Positions 25,370-35,451 of a stretch of 58,501 bases of DNA are shown here, one piece after another. Position numbers and translations under genes: made by a program. Source of the stretch: a virus; the IMG/VR virus record IMGVR_UViG_3300045988_026548, positions 1 to 58,501 of that record. One strand, written 5' to 3'. The notes under the pieces are model-generated. The model was not told where the DNA came from. It was given only the letters and a program-made list of their open reading frames with translations, and did not search any database. Each line of letters begins with the position of its first letter. Positions within the stretch are counted from its first letter, which is position 1.

Positions 25370-25682
25370 AATCCTTGCAAGGGATTGGGATGACGATTTT
25401 GTCAAGAAGATGCAAAACCGAATCCTTGTCTCTCATTACAAATATGGCTTGATGAGCCAAACTTACCCTGAATTGGCACAAGCTGTCAAGGAGATTCAAC
25501 CACGCATTCAAAAATATCTCGAAACTGGAAATACCGAATGGCTGATTGATGTGGCTAATTTTGCAATGATTGAGTATTTACATCCGAGTGTTAAAAATGC
25601 TCATTTCGTTGGAACGGATAGTGAAGAATCGCCCGGTCTGACTAGTGGGATTAGCTACAAAGAGCTTGTGGACAATATGTAA
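25353..25682 (+). CDS. Hypothetical head-module protein
   Basis: Internal ATG with ggagaacggcg RBS, overlapping the portal end. Confidence 0.5.
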   Translation: MESNSEILARDWDDDFVKKMQNRILVSHYKYGLMSQTYPELAQAVKEIQPRIQKYLETGNTEWLIDVANFAMIEYLHPSVKNAHFVGTDSEESPGLTSGISYKELVDNM

Positions 25683-25789
25683 TCACCCCGAATTTTCGGG
25701 CTGATATATTCCGGCAGGGAAGCCGGGATACAAATTTCGCAGCGTTGCAGGGAAGCAACGGTAAAAAAACGCAGGAGGAAATTAACGAT

Positions 25790-26371
25790 ATGAAACTCAA
25801 TGTGTTGCTTGGTGATGCCTACAAAGAGGGCATGACCGCCGATGAAATCATTTCTGCGCTTGAAAAGGTTGCAGACCCCAGCGCAGAGGTCGAGAAGCTG
25901 CGTAACGCCGTGACGAAAGCCAATGGCGAAGCTGCTGAGTACAAGAAACAGCTCAAGGCAAAGCGTACCGATGACGAGAATGCCGCGCAGGAACAGGCTG
26001 ACAAGCTGGCAAAGATGCAGAAGCAGATTGAAGCCCTGACTGCCGACAAGGAAAACCTCGTCAAGGAAAAAACCCTCGCATCTTACCGTGAGAAGTTCGT
26101 TGCACAGGGTTATGACGCTGAACTTGCCAACAAGGCTGCATCTGCACTGGCTGACGGTGACATGGACAAGGTGTTTAAGTTCCAGTCGGAGTTTATGACC
26201 GCCCATGACACCGCATACAAGGCTTCCCTGCTGAAGGATATGCCCACACCTCCGGGTGCGGATGGCAAGGGCGGCTCTGACAGCGAAGGCGTGGCGTTTG
26301 CTAAGAGCCTTGCACAGCAGAACGCAAATACCTCTAAGGCATCGAGTGACGCAATGAGTGCTTTCCATTAA
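25790..26371 (+). CDS. Scaffolding protein
   Basis: Coiled-coil Lys/Glu/Ala-rich 193-aa protein just upstream of the capsid genes. Confidence 0.7.
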   Translation: MKLNVLLGDAYKEGMTADEIISALEKVADPSAEVEKLRNAVTKANGEAAEYKKQLKAKRTDDENAAQEQADKLAKMQKQIEALTADKENLVKEKTLASYREKFVAQGYDAELANKAASALADGDMDKVFKFQSEFMTAHDTAYKASLLKDMPTPPGADGKGGSDSEGVAFAKSLAQQNANTSKASSDAMSAFH

Positions 26372-26384
26372 CAAGGAGGAAAAC

Positions 26385-26753
26385 ATGAAGTTTACCCGAA
26401 ACACGGTCAACGGAATCAACGATACTATCCTTGCTTCCAATGACTACACCGCCATTCCCTTTACCGTGACCGAAACTGCTACGGTTAAGGCTGGCTATCC
26501 TATGACGCTGGCTGGCAAGAAAGCTGTTGCTGCTGGCGAGACTGGTTCTAAGACCATCAACGCTGACGGCATCCTGCTGTATGACGTTGACCCGGCAGAG
26601 AACCCCAACGCTTCCCTGCTGATTCGTGGCGTTATCGACACCAAGAAGGCAGCGGCAAGTTCCAGCTTCACCTTTGACGCTGACGCAATCAAGGCACTCA
26701 AGACCGCCGTCCCTGGCATCTTCTGCCGTGACAACATCAGCGTGAATGCTTAA
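26385..26753 (+). CDS. Head decoration-like protein
   Basis: About 120 aa, immediately upstream of an E-type major capsid gene; aaggaggaaaacATG RBS. Confidence 0.5.
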   Translation: MKFTRNTVNGINDTILASNDYTAIPFTVTETATVKAGYPMTLAGKKAVAAGETGSKTINADGILLYDVDPAENPNASLLIRGVIDTKKAAASSSFTFDADAIKALKTAVPGIFCRDNISVNA

Positions 26754-26769
26754 TAGGAGGTAAAACAAC

Positions 26770-27846
26770 ATGGCACTGAATCTTAAGGAAGTCTTTGCCC
26801 CGGCTGCGATTGCCGCCTATTGGACGAACGACCCCACCAATGCGATGCCCTTTGCATCTGATGCACTGTTCCCCGCCAAGAAGAAGGCTGGTCTCGACCT
26901 GAAGTGGCTGCGCGGCCACAAGGGCGTTGGCGTATCCCTGATGCCAAGCGCATTTGATGCAAAGGCTACGTTCCGCACCCGTGAGGGCTTCAAGTTCGAT
27001 GAGACCGAGATGCCGTTCTTCCGTGAGGGCTACCATCTGGGTGAGAAAGACCGTCAGGAGATCCTGCGTGTTCTGGACAGCAACGACCCCTATGCTCGTG
27101 ACGTGATGAACCGCCTGTACAATGACACCGCACAGCTTATCACTGGTGCTCGTATCGTACCCGAGCGCATGATCTGGCAGCTGCTGGCTCCCGCCAATGG
27201 CGTTCCTGGCATCACCATCAAGGCAAACGGCGTGAACTACACCTACAACTACGACCCGGACGGCACTTGGAAGTCCACTAACTACAAGGAAATCTCTGCC
27301 ACAAAGTCCAAGTGGAACGTCACTACTGCCACTCCCATTGCTGACCTGAACGCCGCAAAGGATGCTGTTCTGGCGAGCGTGGGCGAGGTCGTGACCGAAG
27401 TGTACATGAACACTGCCACCTTCCGCAACATGATTGCTGCGGACGAGGTGAAGAATCGGTTCATGACCGTCACCGCAAAGGCAAATGCCGTTCTGCTGGA
27501 TGCCGAAGCACGGCAGATTATCGAATCTGCAACCGGTCTGAAGATTCATCTGTACGACAAGATGTTCAAGGCAGACCAGTACAGCGCAAGTGAGAAGTAT
27601 CTTCCCGACGGCATGGTGGTGGTTGCTCCTTCCGGCGCTCTGGGCAGCACTTGGTACGGCACTACTCCCGAGGAAGCCGACTTGCTGTCTGGTCAGTCTG
27701 GCGCATCCGTGTCCATCGTGAACACCGGCGTTGCCATTACTACCGAGCTGACCGTTCACCCGGTCAACGCCAACGTCTATGCTTCTGAAATCGTCCTGCC
27801 GTCCTTTGAGCGCATGGACGCTGTGTACTGCATCAAGGCTTACTAA
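26770..27846 (+). CDS. Major capsid protein (lambda E-like family)
   Basis: 358 aa; N-terminal ...AAYWTNDPTNAMPFASDALFPAKKKAGLDLKWLRG typical of capsid E family; position in the head module. Confidence 0.8.
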   Translation: MALNLKEVFAPAAIAAYWTNDPTNAMPFASDALFPAKKKAGLDLKWLRGHKGVGVSLMPSAFDAKATFRTREGFKFDETEMPFFREGYHLGEKDRQEILRVLDSNDPYARDVMNRLYNDTAQLITGARIVPERMIWQLLAPANGVPGITIKANGVNYTYNYDPDGTWKSTNYKEISATKSKWNVTTATPIADLNAAKDAVLASVGEVVTEVYMNTATFRNMIAADEVKNRFMTVTAKANAVLLDAEARQIIESATGLKIHLYDKMFKADQYSASEKYLPDGMVVVAPSGALGSTWYGTTPEEADLLSGQSGASVSIVNTGVAITTELTVHPVNANVYASEIVLPSFERMDAVYCIKAY

Positions 27847-27866
27847 GGCGAAAGGAGGAAAGCAGC

Positions 27867-28211
27867 ATGGGAGACCAGTATTCCGAAGCGGCAGTCAAGC
27901 TGGGGCAGTACATCGCCCCTGCACTTGACCGTGAAATCACGGACGAGGACTACCCACTCTTCGACCTGCTACTTGATTTCGCCAAAGACAAGATATTTGC
28001 GCAGGGCTACCCATTTGGTAACAGACCGGACGATTTGCCCTCGCAGTATCAGTCGTTGCAGATACGCATTGCAGCGGAACTGTACAACCACATCGGCGCA
28101 AACGGACAAACGAGCTACACAAACAATGGCATTACTCGTGTGTGGGAAAGCTCCGATGTGGCGCAGTCCCTGCTAAATGAAGTGGTTCCGAGAGTAGGTG
28201 TTATCGGCTGA
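27867..28211 (+). CDS. Head-tail connector (gp6-like)
   Basis: Size and position after the capsid gene. Confidence 0.5.
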   Translation: MGDQYSEAAVKLGQYIAPALDREITDEDYPLFDLLLDFAKDKIFAQGYPFGNRPDDLPSQYQSLQIRIAAELYNHIGANGQTSYTNNGITRVWESSDVAQSLLNEVVPRVGVIG

Positions 28212-28657
28212 TGTTCAATGGTAGCCCGCTGGATAAGCGCCCGCTGTGGTATTCAAACCCGGTTGGCGAAAAAACGCCTGTTGTTGACGAGTGGGGAAAC
28301 GAAACCGGCGAAACATCGCAGACGTGGAGTGACCCCGCGAAGCTGATGCTGAACGTCAGCCCGCCTACTGGTTCTGCGGAAGCAAACCCTTTTGGAGCGT
28401 TCACGGATTACAGCTACATAGTCAGCACGCCAAGAAAGAAACGGAGAAATTGGTTTCTTGTTGGATATTCAAAGCTGGCGTCAAGGGACATTTTAGGCTC
28501 TTCCAGCAAGCTTAACAACAACTCACTTTGCGAGGGTAGCCATGTCTGGTTCGGTGTAAAACCGGATGTGCCTTACAACTACATCGTGGTCAAGGTCGCA
28601 GAGCATATCACGGACACGAAGTATGCGCTGAAAGAGGTGGTTACAAGTGAAAATTAA
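28211..28657 (+). CDS. Head-tail adaptor / hypothetical structural protein
   Basis: Overlapping start/stop in the structural operon. Confidence 0.45.
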   Translation: MFNGSPLDKRPLWYSNPVGEKTPVVDEWGNETGETSQTWSDPAKLMLNVSPPTGSAEANPFGAFTDYSYIVSTPRKKRRNWFLVGYSKLASRDILGSSSKLNNNSLCEGSHVWFGVKPDVPYNYIVVKVAEHITDTKYALKEVVTSEN

Positions 28658-29165
28658 AGTGAGGTTGAGCAATGCCGGACTTCGTGACGCGGAACGTCAG
28701 ATACAGGAGTACAAGACCACCCTGAACAAAAAGGCTAGAGCGTTTGCTTTTCGCCTTTCTTGGCTGGGGCTTGAAGTCGCAAAGATACGTTTTGCCAATG
28801 CAAAATATTCTGGCTCCAATGACGTGAAATGCCATATCAACCAAAAAGACAAGACTTGTACCATCGTTGCAGAGGGCAAGGCAGTTGCCTTTATCGAGTT
28901 TGGCACTGGCGTAGCGCATTCCGCTTATGGCGGCGAGCTTCCTGCTGGTGTTGGAGAACACGGCACTTACGGAAAAGGGAACGGCAAGCGTGACCACTGG
29001 AGTTACTACGGAGACCCCGGCAATGATGCCAACACCGTGATGTACAAAAACAAGGGAACGCTAGTCGTAACCAGCGGCAATGAACCAGCTATGGCTATGT
29101 GGGGAGCTGTTGAGGAAATGGCTTCTCAGGTCGAAGCAACGTGGAGGGAGGTTTGGAATAGTTGA
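28647..29165 (+). CDS. HK97 gp10-like tail-completion protein
   Basis: Position and size; GTG start. Confidence 0.4.
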   Translation: MKIKVRLSNAGLRDAERQIQEYKTTLNKKARAFAFRLSWLGLEVAKIRFANAKYSGSNDVKCHINQKDKTCTIVAEGKAVAFIEFGTGVAHSAYGGELPAGVGEHGTYGKGNGKRDHWSYYGDPGNDANTVMYKNKGTLVVTSGNEPAMAMWGAVEEMASQVEATWREVWNS

Positions 29166-29563
29166 TTGATTATTTCAACTCTATCTACACGGCTGTTGCC
29201 AAGGAACTGCGAAAACAAGTTCCAGGCATCTTCGTCACTGGCGAAATCAATGACAGCAATGTCAAGAAGTTTCCGTGTGTGCAGATAGAGGAAAACAGCA
29301 ATCTCCCGGTTCATCGCGATTCTGCCAGCCGAAGCAAGTACGCCGCTGTTTCCATGCGTGTGCGTGTATATTCCAACAAAACCAGCGGACGCATTGCAGA
29401 GGCTCGTTCCATCGTTGGAATCGTGGATTCTATTCTTGAACCGCTCAATTTCTATCGAAAGTCATTTGCCCCGTTGAATGGGCTGTACAACAATTCCGTC
29501 TATCGGATTGATTGCAGCTATGGGGCAACAATCGGAGAGGACGGAATGATTTACCGAAACTAA
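29162..29563 (+). CDS. Tail-completion / hypothetical structural protein
   Basis: TTG start overlapping the upstream stop. Confidence 0.4.
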   Translation: MIDYFNSIYTAVAKELRKQVPGIFVTGEINDSNVKKFPCVQIEENSNLPVHRDSASRSKYAAVSMRVRVYSNKTSGRIAEARSIVGIVDSILEPLNFYRKSFAPLNGLYNNSVYRIDCSYGATIGEDGMIYRN

Positions 29564-29578
29564 GGAGGTAAACATTCT

Positions 29579-30016
29579 ATGAGTACTGCTATCTCCGGTC
29601 TGAATACCACCCTGTATTGTGGCGACAGCGCAACCACTCTTGCGAAGCTGTGCGACATCAAGGATGTGCCCGACCTGATCTCCGACCCGAACCTTCTGGA
29701 TGCAACCACCTTGTCTGATGGTATGCAGAAGCAGATTTTTGGCATCGTTCAGGCTGACACCAAAGCCTTTACCGCCAACTACAACAAGACCGACTACGCC
29801 GCCGTCAAGGCTGCTGGTTATGACGATACCTCTGAGAGCAACGTGGACAAGTACTACGCCCTGAAAATGCAGGATGGTTCCGGCTTCACTTGGCAGGGTA
29901 TGCACCAGGTCGGTCTGTCTGGTTTTGGCGTGGACGAGGTCGTGGAAATGACCATCAATTGCATCTTCCACTCTACCCCGAAGTTCAGCGAGAGCCTGAC
30001 CGTTAATGGCGGCTAA
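29579..30016 (+). CDS. Major tail protein
   Basis: aaggaggtaaacattctATG RBS; 145 aa, immediately before the chaperone pair and tape measure. Confidence 0.55.
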   Translation: MSTAISGLNTTLYCGDSATTLAKLCDIKDVPDLISDPNLLDATTLSDGMQKQIFGIVQADTKAFTANYNKTDYAAVKAAGYDDTSESNVDKYYALKMQDGSGFTWQGMHQVGLSGFGVDEVVEMTINCIFHSTPKFSESLTVNGG

Positions 30017-30101
30017 TCCGCAAAAAATCGAATCAATCAAACTGGGCAGAACTGAACAACGGATTTGGTTCTGCCCCTATTTATAAAGGAGAGCATTTAT
30101 T

Positions 30102-30449
30102 ATGGCTGCTAAGGTTATCAATTTTCATTCCCCCGATGGTAAGAACACTTACGAGCTGACTTTCACCCGCGAGAGTGCCGAAGCCACTGAACGCAACGGC
30201 TTCCAGATTTACGAGTTCTCCAACGGCATCAACCCCATCAAGAACACTTCCGCTCTGTTCTATGGCGCGTTCATTGCCCGCAACAAGGGCATCAACCGAA
30301 AGACGGTCGATGATATGCTTGTGCACACCGAGAACAAGGAAGGTCTGATTGCTGCCCTGATGGAGATGTACGCGAATTCTATCAAGGCTCTGATTGCCAC
30401 CGATGAAGAGGATAAGACCGCAAAAAACGCAACGTGGGAGATTGTGTAA
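30102..30449 (+). CDS. Tail assembly chaperone (gpG-like)
   Basis: Position upstream of the tape measure; slippery site near its 3' end. Confidence 0.7.
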   Translation: MAAKVINFHSPDGKNTYELTFTRESAEATERNGFQIYEFSNGINPIKNTSALFYGAFIARNKGINRKTVDDMLVHTENKEGLIAALMEMYANSIKALIATDEEDKTAKNATWEIV

Positions 30450-30859
30450 CCTCACAGTCTCAAGAATCGGACAGCAATACAGAGCCATTCTCTGTGTCTA
30501 AGCTGTTCCACGATGTAGAAGCCTATTACATCTCCATTGGCATGACCTATGACCAGTTCTGGCGTGATGACGTCTGGCTGGCAAAGGTCTACCGGGACGC
30601 AGAAGAACTGCGCGCCCGCAGAGCCAATGTTGAAGCGTGGAGAAATGGTTTCTACACGGCATCTGCGCTTTCCTCTACGGTTGGCAATATGTTCCGCAAG
30701 AAAGGGTCTAGCCCCATCAAGTACATGGATAGACCGATTCCTCTTACTCAGAAAGAGCAGGACGAGTACGAATACCAACGCGCACTGGAAGCGCAGGAAC
30801 GCATCAAGAGAGCAATGTTCTCTATGATGAATCAGAAGGACGGTGGTAGCAATGGCTGA
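30102..30859 (+). CDS. Tail assembly chaperone G-T fusion made by a -1 programmed frameshift
   Basis: A_AAA_AAC at 30422-30428 is in the zero-frame phase; the -1 frame is open from 30428 to 30859. Confidence 0.65.
30422..30428 (+). promoter_or_regulatory. -1 ribosomal frameshift slippery heptamer A_AAA_AAC
   Basis: Zero-frame codons GCA AAA AAC; canonical X_XXY_YYZ. Confidence 0.65.
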
Positions 30860-33800
30860 TGTTGATATTACAAGCTTATCCGTAGAAATTTCTGCGGAAT
30901 CGCAGGGCGCAGAGCTTAACATTGACAAGCTTGCTACCGCCATTTCTAATTTGCGGACGAAGGGCAGTGTTGGCAAGGTTTGTACAAGCCTTGATAAGCT
31001 GTCTAGTTCCATTGCATCGCTGAAACAGGCGTCTGCCGGTATTTCCGGTCTTGATAAAGTCACAAACTTCCTGAATGGTATCTCTTCTGTCAACACAACC
31101 GCTGGCGTGAAGGGCGTTAACTCTGTTGTAAATGCTATCAAGAAGATTCCAAACGCGGTATCTGCTCTGAACGGCGTGGACTTCTATTCCATGTCTGGTA
31201 GCATCACGCAGCTGACGAATGCTCTTGCGCCGCTGTCCATTTTGGATATTTCCGGCTTGAAATCGCTTGGCAGCGCGTTCAAAGCGATTGGCACTGTGCC
31301 AGACCTTACCGACAAGCTGAAAGCGGCAGACCTTGATTCTTTCGCGGATTCTTGCCAGAAGATATCCACCGCTCTCGCTCCCCTTGCATCTCAGCTTGAC
31401 AAGGTGGGCAACGCTTTTGCAAAGCTACCGCCGCAGTTGAGTAAGGTTGTGACACAGGCTAACCGCGTGACCGCTGCCAACGAACGGCAGAAGAAAAGCT
31501 ACATGAGCCTTTCCAGCCAAATGAACAGCTTCATGCGGAACATGGCCAAGCTAGTCTCGCTAAAAGCTATTGCCACCTATCTTGGCAACGCAGCGGAAAA
31601 GTTCAACAGCTACTACGAAGCTGCAAACCTGTTCGGCGTGTCCATGAAGGGGCTGACCGGCGAAGCAAGCACGTTCATCAACAAGATGGAGACCCTGCTT
31701 GGTATCGACCCAACCGAAGCCATGAACAACATGGCAACGATTCAGGGTCTAACTACCTCGTTTGGTTTGGCAAGCGACAAGGCGTATGTGCTGTCGAAAA
31801 ACCTGACGCAGCTTGGCTACGACCTAGCTTCTTTGAAGAATATCCCGGTTGCGGAATCCTTTACAAAGATTCAGGCAGCTATCTCCGGCGAATTGGAACC
31901 GATTCGCCGTCTGGGTGTTGACCTGTCGCAGGCTCGGTTGCAGCAGGAACTGCTTAATCTTGGTTATTCGCAGAGCGTTTCTACTCTGTCTCAGGCTGAT
32001 AAGGCTGTTCTGCGGTACATTGCCATCATGAAGCAGACCACCGATGCACAGGGTGATTTTGCCCGCACTTTGTCCAGCCCTGCCAATATGATTCGCATTT
32101 TGCAGGCACAGCTGAACAGTCTGGCTCGTGCTGTTGGTTCTTTGCTCTACCCCGCCCTGAAATCTATCCTTCCCCCGCTGATCGCAGCCGTTGAACTAGT
32201 CAAAGAGCTTGTGACCGGCATCGCATCGTTAATGGGCGTCAAGGTGGAGTTCCCAGACTTTAGCAGCGCAAGCGATGCTGTTGGTGGCGTCACGGATGCG
32301 ATGGACAATACCACCAAAGCGACCGGCAAAGCTGCAAAGGCGTTCAAGAACTACATCATGGGATTTGATGAACTGAACGTCATCCAGAAGGACAGTGGCT
32401 CTTCCGGCGGTTCAGGTTCCGGTGCTGGCGCTGCTGGCAACCTCTTGGGCGATGTAGACCTGTCTGGCTACGATATGTTCAAGAACTACGTTGGTTCTTC
32501 TGTTGATGAAATCAAGGCAAAACTTGAAAAGTTGCTTCCGCTTATCTCTGGAATTGCAGCCGGGTTTGCGACATGGGCAATTAGCAACTCAGTTCTTACC
32601 GCTCTTGAGAAAATCAAAGGCGAAGGTTCTTTGATCGAAGCAGTCTTGAAGCTTTGGAAAAACCCGATAATGGCAGCTGCGGTTGCCGTTGGCATTATTG
32701 TTGCAAGGTTTGTAAGCCTTTATCAGAATAGTGAGAAATTCCGAAAAGGTCTTGAGCGTGTAAGGGCGCTTGTCTACCTCGCGGCGGAAGGATTCAAACA
32801 GGGTTGGAACATATCACTTACCGATGGGAAACTCGGAGAATCCATTGAATACCTGAAAGAATCTCTTTCCAATCTTGGACAATCTATCCTGAATCTGCTT
32901 CCTGAAAGCTGGCAGGAAGGAATCACTTCCGCGTTTGATTCCATTTCAAAAGTTGTGAAGAAACTCGACCTTGACGTTTGGGATTTAGTTACAACGCTTG
33001 CTGGCATCGGACTTATCGTGTCCGGCCATCCTGTTGCAGGTCTTGCGGTTATAGGCTTTGAAGCTATTTCCGTAGCCGTTCGCGGGCTTGGAAGTGAAAA
33101 CCAGAAAACTGCCTTTGGAATGGAAACTGACTGGTTCAATTCCTTCAAGTCTATTGGCGAAAGCGTTGCAAACTTTGCGGCTGCTGCCGTTACCGCGATT
33201 GGGAACATCATTAACGATATTGCAATCTTTGTTGGTTGGATTAAAAACGGAGTTTCCGAAACAGACCGCTTGGATTTGCAGATGAATGGCAACTTCATTG
33301 AAAACTTTGTGATGGGCATTGCCCAAACAATCCACAATATAGGCGTTTTTGTTGGTTGGATTACAAGTGGCGTTGATGAAGCTGACCGATTGGCAATTGC
33401 GGCAAATGGTAACTTCGCTGAAAAGTTTATTCTTCTGATTGCTGACGTTATCAACGGAATTAAAGAAGCCGTGAAGTGGTTCGGAACCCTGATTGAAAAA
33501 ATCTCGAAGTTCAATCCTGTTAGCGTTGGCAAAAACATCATAGATGGCATCGCAAAAGGCATCGTTGGCAAAAAGAACGTTGCAGATGATGCTGTCAAGG
33601 TTGTAACGAACGGAATCCAAGAAAAAGCACAGACTGAACTTGGCATACACTCCCCTTCCAAAGTCTTTAAGGGCTACGGTGGTTACATCGTAGAAGGTCT
33701 CGCCAACGGTATCTCCGCTGCCAAAGACCTTGCGGTGAAAGCTATCCAGTCCGTGTCTGACGCGGTAAAGACCATCGGCTCTCAGCTGGCAGACGACAAC

Positions 33801-35060
33801 TACGGTCTGCGCGATGGCTCTATCAGCCTTTCCGTTGACGCAAGCGGTAAGTCCATGATGGAAACCGCAAACGCACTAAAACGCACGATGCGCACCACCA
33901 ATGATAGTTTTGGCGGTTGGTTCAAGAAGATGAAAACCGACTTGGGCGATTTCACGGAGGGCATCAACGCGGTTACTAAGGCGGGCAAGGACATCTCCAA
34001 CGGCTTCAAATCTTCTATTGACGCACTTACCGCTGCATCGAAGTCCATTCTAAACACGCATGATGGTTTTGTGAGCGCAGTCTCTGATATTCGTTCTTTT
34101 GTGAAAAAGAGCGTTGCGGAGATAGAGAACGAGTACCAGTACAACGGTTTCTTTGGCGCTGCTGGTCTTGCCATTCAAAAGGCGTTTGAGGGCGTGTACC
34201 TTGTTTTTGACAAGGTTTCCACTGCCATCAAGAACGTGTCCGACACCATCGATAGTGTGAAGAACGTTATCACCACCTTTAATAACCTGAAAACCAAAGT
34301 CGGCGAGGTCATCGACCAAGTTCCCGCTTTGAAACAGGCGTATGGTGGGCTGAAATCCTTCTTCGGCGATTTGTTTGACAAAGATAAAGGCATCGGGAAA
34401 ATCGTTTCTGATGGTTTTGACTTTATCAAAACAAAAGCCAGCGATGTAATAAGCTGGCTTATACAAAAAATGCAAGGAATCAAGTTTGGCGGTTCTGGCT
34501 CTTCTTCCGGTGGATTGGCCGGTAGCGCAGCGGCATCCGGTGGAGCGTTGTCTCACCTTGGTGCTTACGGCGGAATAGGCGCTGGTGTTGGCCTTGGCCT
34601 TTCTGGTGGTATCCAGTGGTGGAAGGACATGATAGGGACTTGGAAGGATTCTGACAAGTCTGCAGGTACAAAAGTTCTTGAATCCATAAAACACACCCTT
34701 TGGGATTTGTCGCCTATTGGAGCACTCGTAAATCTTGGCAAAAAGATTTTCGGCTTTGCAAGTGGCGGTTTCCCCGATGCCGGGCAGCTGTTCATTGCCC
34801 GAGAAGCCGGTGCAGAGATGGTCGGCTCTCTGGGTGGCCACACAGCAGTTGCCAACAATGACCAAATCGTTGAGGGCATCCGCGAAGGTGTTGAAGCTGC
34901 AATGGAGCGGCAGAACCAGCTGCTGCGCCGTCAGAACGAGCTGTTGCAGGCTCTGCTTGAGAAGGAAGGGAGCGCAGAGATCAACGTGTCCAGCTTCTAT
35001 CAGGCAGTGAACAGAACAAACCAGCGCAACGGCAAAACAATTATCCCGGTAGGTACTTAA
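30852..35060 (+). CDS. Tape measure protein
   Basis: About 1400 aa, helical and Gly-rich segments, an internal 120-nt tandem duplication; follows the chaperones. Confidence 0.85.
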   Translation: MADVDITSLSVEISAESQGAELNIDKLATAISNLRTKGSVGKVCTSLDKLSSSIASLKQASAGISGLDKVTNFLNGISSVNTTAGVKGVNSVVNAIKKIPNAVSALNGVDFYSMSGSITQLTNALAPLSILDISGLKSLGSAFKAIGTVPDLTDKLKAADLDSFADSCQKISTALAPLASQLDKVGNAFAKLPPQLSKVVTQANRVTAANERQKKSYMSLSSQMNSFMRNMAKLVSLKAIATYLGNAAEKFNSYYEAANLFGVSMKGLTGEASTFINKMETLLGIDPTEAMNNMATIQGLTTSFGLASDKAYVLSKNLTQLGYDLASLKNIPVAESFTKIQAAISGELEPIRRLGVDLSQARLQQELLNLGYSQSVSTLSQADKAVLRYIAIMKQTTDAQGDFARTLSSPANMIRILQAQLNSLARAVGSLLYPALKSILPPLIAAVELVKELVTGIASLMGVKVEFPDFSSASDAVGGVTDAMDNTTKATGKAAKAFKNYIMGFDELNVIQKDSGSSGGSGSGAGAAGNLLGDVDLSGYDMFKNYVGSSVDEIKAKLEKLLPLISGIAAGFATWAISNSVLTALEKIKGEGSLIEAVLKLWKNPIMAAAVAVGIIVARFVSLYQNSEKFRKGLERVRALVYLAAEGFKQGWNISLTDGKLGESIEYLKESLSNLGQSILNLLPESWQEGITSAFDSISKVVKKLDLDVWDLVTTLAGIGLIVSGHPVAGLAVIGFEAISVAVRGLGSENQKTAFGMETDWFNSFKSIGESVANFAAAAVTAIGNIINDIAIFVGWIKNGVSETDRLDLQMNGNFIENFVMGIAQTIHNIGVFVGWITSGVDEADRLAIAANGNFAEKFILLIADVINGIKEAVKWFGTLIEKISKFNPVSVGKNIIDGIAKGIVGKKNVADDAVKVVTNGIQEKAQTELGIHSPSKVFKGYGGYIVEGLANGISAAKDLAVKAIQSVSDAVKTIGSQLADDNYGLRDGSISLSVDASGKSMMETANALKRTMRTTNDSFGGWFKKMKTDLGDFTEGINAVTKAGKDISNGFKSSIDALTAASKSILNTHDGFVSAVSDIRSFVKKSVAEIENEYQYNGFFGAAGLAIQKAFEGVYLVFDKVSTAIKNVSDTIDSVKNVITTFNNLKTKVGEVIDQVPALKQAYGGLKSFFGDLFDKDKGIGKIVSDGFDFIKTKASDVISWLIQKMQGIKFGGSGSSSGGLAGSAAASGGALSHLGAYGGIGAGVGLGLSGGIQWWKDMIGTWKDSDKSAGTKVLESIKHTLWDLSPIGALVNLGKKIFGFASGGFPDAGQLFIAREAGAEMVGSLGGHTAVANNDQIVEGIREGVEAAMERQNQLLRRQNELLQALLEKEGSAEINVSSFYQAVNRTNQRNGKTIIPVGT

Positions 35061-35073
35061 AGGAGGGGCATTT

Positions 35074-35451
35074 ATGGAACTTGACCAGTACAATCCGATT
35101 CGGAGTGTGGATGGGCAGTATCTTAAATGCCCCTCTTCTTATCAGTGGCGGTTACAGGACATTTCGGCATCCGATGCCGGACGCACAGAGGATAACAAGA
35201 TGGACAAAAAACGTCTTGGACAGTGCGTCAAGCTAGAACTGGAATGGAAGTACACCACGATAAAAGAAGCCGCTGCTATCCTGAAAGCGTTCAACCCGGA
35301 ATACATCAACGTTACCTATCTTGATGCAATGGCTGGCGATTGGAAAACCAGCGAGTTCTACGTTGGCGACCGTGCTGTTCCGATGTACAATTCAAGGATG
35401 AATCGCTGGGAAGGGATATCTTTTAACATCATTGAAAGGGCTGCACACTGA
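35074..35451 (+). CDS. Distal-tail-region protein (small)
   Basis: Position after the tape measure. Confidence 0.4.
   Translation: MELDQYNPIRSVDGQYLKCPSSYQWRLQDISASDAGRTEDNKMDKKRLGQCVKLELEWKYTTIKEAAAILKAFNPEYINVTYLDAMAGDWKTSEFYVGDRAVPMYNSRMNRWEGISFNIIERAAH

Noticed and set aside
33226-33470. 120-nt tandem duplication (tttgttggttggatta at 33228 and 33348)
   Set aside because: It is an internal 40-aa repeat within the tape measure protein. Such duplications are common length-determining features, not a separate element.
32774-33661. Long antisense ORFs inside the tape measure gene (also 32985-33650, 34050-35093, 30452-31141)
   Set aside because: They are shadow ORFs on the opposite strand of a long, strongly supported CDS. 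They have no RBS and a biased Ser/Pro/Ala composition.
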